A stretch of 64,000 nt of DNA from Selaginella moellendorffii. Lineage: Eukaryota; Plantae; Lycopodiophyta. Below, one piece after another: positions 60,400 through 64,000 of this stretch (positions within the stretch are counted from its first letter, which is position 1; the number at the start of each line of letters is the position of its first letter). The notes beneath the pieces were generated by a model, which worked only from the letters and a program-made list of their open reading frames with translations, had not been told where the DNA came from and made no database searches. The translations under genes were made by a program, and so were the position numbers. The stretch lies in NCBI RefSeq assembly GCF_000143415.4, contig NW_003314305.1, positions 557,709-621,708 of the forward strand, written 5' to 3'.

Positions 60400-62189
60400 A
60401 AAATGGCTGCATTGGCGTGCTCCATTGCCCCGATGTGCCGGATCCGGACGCTGTGTGTGAGAAATTCGTGGAGATTTGCAACGAGTACCCGGCCGCGCAA
60501 ACAAGGAGGTGTTTTGCCTTTCTCTTCCACCCACAAACAGATACTTTTTTCAATTCTTTTTCTTACAACATTTGTGTTCTTTCTTTCTCTTTTTGTTTTC
60601 TCTTTCTTTTCTTTGTCTAGAACTTCTTTTTCTAGTGGGTTTGACGAACTTGCTCTTTTGGTTTGTGGCATTTACCTTTGCTTGTTCTAGAATGCTTTTG
60701 GCATATCAAAGCTTTCACTTTCAGTCTTCTTTGGCATTTGGAATTCTTTAGAAGCTTTTTTTTCCTTCCCTCCTTGAACTGATAGATTCATTTAAATCTT
60801 CATTTCATTCTTTTGGCATACGTGTTTGCTTCTATGATGCTTTATTTGGCTTTGTGTTCTTCCTTGAACTGATGGATTCGATTGTAAAAACATGTAAACC
60901 AAGTGGAGCAGGATGACAAGAAGAGGCAGGAAATGGTGGTGTTTCCTCCGGTTGACAAGCAAATCCTCAAGCGTCACGTCGGAACTCTGATGCACGACTT
61001 TGCTGCGTCGATCCTCATGGCTTTTGAAAGCCGAGTTCTTCTTGCGGAGCGACGCTCACAACTCCAATGGACTCACACGTCTCGCTCAAGGTGATTGAAA
61101 GTATTTTCTTGCTTGATCTATGAGAAAGGAATGAAATGCGATCATTGACTCTTCGAAGGTTAGCAAAGCCAAACGGCGGAGGCTGGAGCGTGTCCAGAAG
61201 ACAATGGGAGATTACAGTCTACTAGCTGGCTCTCCTGCCGATGCTATCTCGCATTACAACACCGCTATGGAGTTGTCAAGGCACACTGGTGATTCGCTTT
61301 GGAATGCTGGCGAGATCGAAGGCAGCATTTGCGCTCTTGTCGTAAGATCTCAAGTTCTTCTCGCCATCTTTCATCTTTGTTTCTGATATATGAAGCTTGC
61401 AGGTAACCCCGGGTGTTGAATCAGACATACTTCTCGAGGATGAGGTGCGATATAAATACTACGAAGCAATTCATCTATACAGGCGGTTCGAAACTCAACA
61501 CAATTCTCACTTTGTCTTTCTTTCGTTTTCAGTTGTTCTGCGTATATATTCGAAGTTGAGGCACAGCTGAAAATGGCTCGCTTCCTCTGCCGTAAAAGCT
61601 TACGGATTTTCTAGGAACAGATTTTGCCTTTGGTGCATAGAAGGAAACGAGCTGTCGAGAGAAGTCTGCGAGCTTCTCAGCAACGCCGTGGAAGTCGGAA
61701 GAAACTTAACCAATGTCAACGACCAGGCTGTACTGTTCGTGGAGGTTGCTTGCATTTTCGGAACTCCTGTCTACGAGTGGAAGTCTGCGTTCTTCCCCCG
61801 TCAAGTAGCCCATTACTATCAATCGCAAGAATCCACCAAGCCTGCTGCACTGGAGCTTCTCTCGCTCGTTGCAGATCCTACGGCGTGCGACTACGTAAAC
61901 AAGTCTTCGATCAAGGTATCTCTCCTGTACTTATGTGTCTAACTCGTGTGTGTTCTTTCTTCCTACTCTCCAGGAGGAGAACAAGAGAAGCTCGGAGATG
62001 GCCGAGGAGAAGAGAGTGACCAAAGCAACAATCTGCGCTATGATTCCTGGGTGGCAATTGCACTCCGACGACGATCTTCTAATTTTTATGGAATACAGGA
62101 AATCCTCTACTCTCATAAGCCAAGAGGACAAGGCAAGATCTTTGCTGTCATTTGAGGACCACAACGCCCCATCCGACGGCGCCGATTGA
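60400..62189 (+). pseudogene. TRS120: TRS120/TRAPPC9 N-terminal fragment (multi-exon), ending in an apparently non-TRS120 exon
   Basis: GVLHCPDVPD..RRCFAF, VFPPVDKQ..MHDFAASILMAFE, KAKRRRL.RVQKTMGDYSLLAGSPADA..HY.TAMELSR, LEDEVRYKY, FEVEAQLKMARFLC, KSAFFPRQVAH; covers only the first part of the protein; frameshifts. Confidence 0.88.
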
Positions 62190-62351
62190 CCAGATGACAA
62201 TCGTAAAAAGTTCCCAAGGAACTTGAACCTGAGACCTCCTCTTAGCTGGTTTTAGGGTTGGACTGTGCGAGAGTTCATGCTTTGCAGCTGAGCAAAGTAA
62301 GTTTCTTATAGCTGTAAATAGTTTTTTTACTAATTTCTCATATATCTTAAG

Positions 62352-63732
62352 AAAGAAATCGATGTTCTCAATTTCCCACCGAGCCAGTACAATCAAAACG
62401 TTTTTAAGGCCAACAATCCCTTTGTGGTGGTACACGAGGTGTCCCCCCGTTTTATGCGAGCAATGGCCGGTGACAAAATTGGGGATGGCAAATCCATGGA
62501 CCCGGCTGCTTTGCGTGCTGCCATGGAAGAGATTATCGACGCATCTCTTGATGCTGCAATGTAAGTGATGTTTGCATTCGGATCATGCGTTTCAAGTTCG
62601 ATTTTATGCAGTTCTTACGAGCAGCCGACCACTGAAGTTGGCGGACGCATCGTTCACGGAGCTTTGACTCTCGACCTTTACAAACTGACCAAACCAGCAT
62701 CTCCACTGCCGATTGATACACCGGGTGCAGTTGCTGCGGCTGCTACATCGGGGGCTACTGCCTCGGGGGCTTCTACATCGGATGAAAGTGCTGATGAGAT
62801 TGAACCCGGAGAGACAGAGGAGGAAGAGGATTTCGAAGGCATCTCAGTTCTGGTTGAGGTAACATTCCATGCTGTTTAGTTTTATTTACAACTCTCTTTT
62901 GCAGCACGTAGATGTGGATGAGAGGGCTTCAACAACGAGCTCCAATGAGGAGATTGAGCTCCATCATGAGGGAGACGATCCCGAAGATGTCACTGGCAAG
63001 GACAAAACGACGTATGAGTTTAAACTCCTGGTTCACGATCGACGAATCGCTGGCGACACTGGTGACAATCAGGTTACAGCTTTGGTTGTAGAATGTACGT
63101 GGGTAAGTGCTGGCCCTTGCCTTGCCTGAGCTAACGTCTCTGTTTCGTAAGGACTCGGCTACCAAAAATAAGATCTATCAGGCGGCAGCTTATGTTTCAA
63201 AAAAGGATGGAATTGCGAATATGAAGAAGGGCCGATTTGCACCAATATTTCTGCAAGCTTGGGGCAGAGATAATTGGATGTATGGAGCGTTTTTTCTTTT
63301 CGGCTACATCCAAGTGAAGAATAACCAGGTTGTGCGAGTGCGGAGGTAAGTGTTTTATGTGTTTTCCTTTTAGTTTGGTTGTTGACAATTTAATTTTGAT
63401 GCAGTACCAAAGGAGGCAAAAACTTTAAAAGAATGCTTCGAGTAGGAACTACCTTCCTACGGGAGCAGTCCAAGGATTTGTATACTACATATCCAGATGG
63501 AGAGTACGTCCATGGGATGCTCTATGTGCCTCGCAAGCTGTTTAAGATGCCGGATGTCTCAGTTGGCGGCTCTGGAGGCACCGACCACAGCAAGCTGTTC
63601 TTCCAGAGCTTGATCCGAATCATTGCTGGAGATGGTGCTCTCGCTTGGACCGAGAAGGACGTTCATGACATTATCGGCGTCAGAAACAAGGCCAAAGCCG
63701 ATCTCAAAGCTGCATTTTTTGGCAGCCCTTGA
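62352..63732 (+). CDS. Family X hypothetical protein (at least 354 aa), possible PD-(D/E)XK nuclease-like fold with an acidic insertion
   Basis: Exons (62352 or ATG 62454/62463)-62560, 62612-62858, 62905-63102, 63152-63345, 63405-63732 join with consistent phase, GT-AG introns and no stops; true start uncertain (possible extra exon ~62246-62296). Confidence 0.75.
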
Positions 63733-63882
63733 CACTGATAAGCTGCCTGTAAGTTCTGGTCCTGACTACGTCCACCCCTGTCGGCTCAAGGTCCAGGAAG
63801 ACACTCCGAGGGACATGCTTTCCAGTCAACGTGTTGAAAGCATCGTTTCCACCTCCAACAGTTTTGTCGCTCGCCATCTGCT
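63728..63882 (-). pseudogene. TUA: Alpha-tubulin exon fragment with internal deletions
   Basis: [49 protein letters not shown] versus canonical [60 protein letters not shown]. Confidence 0.9.
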
Positions 63883-64000
63883 GCAAAAAATCCATGAAAG
63901 AAACCGGTTAGTCGTACAGTTTTCTAAGCTAATAGCTTCTATAAGCTATCAAAGAAAAGAACAAAAAAAAAAAAAAAAAAAAAACAGAGAGGAGTGTTCT

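Noticed and set aside
60400-62189. Functional TRS120 gene
   Set aside because: Lacks the start exon and most of the protein; contains frameshifts.

Overview
Eukaryotic plant nuclear DNA. The very short (~45-65 nt) GT-AG introns, PLS-class PPR genes and chromoviral Ty3/gypsy elements suggest a lycophyte such as Selaginella (inference, not verified). The core is an ~18.5 kb tandem duplication (unit 1 ~13250-31790, unit 2 ~31843-50028; offset 18535 over the LOX genes). Each unit carries a 9-exon lipoxygenase (-), a divergently oriented papain-like protein lacking its catalytic Cys/His, fragments of an uncharacterised gene family ('X', restriction-endonuclease-like motif pattern), a legumin-like bicupin pseudogene, a PLS-PPR pseudogene and a chimeric TRS120/TRAPPC9 fragment. 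Both outer junctions of the duplication hold the same head-to-head pair of degenerate Ty3/gypsy elements, while the middle junction (~31790-31843) is the empty pre-insertion site. Nested in the left pair are a solo LTR and a full-length chromovirus (4308-9940) with a self-priming PBS and a -1 frameshift signal. The right end (59.2-64 kb) is a mosaic of gene fragments (X, TRS120, alpha-tubulin) plus an apparently intact 5-exon X gene. Most notable: LOX with Gly at the Coffa-Brash stereo-determinant, an intact catalytically dead papain-granulin-like protein, and the X family. No rRNA, tRNA or CRISPR seen.
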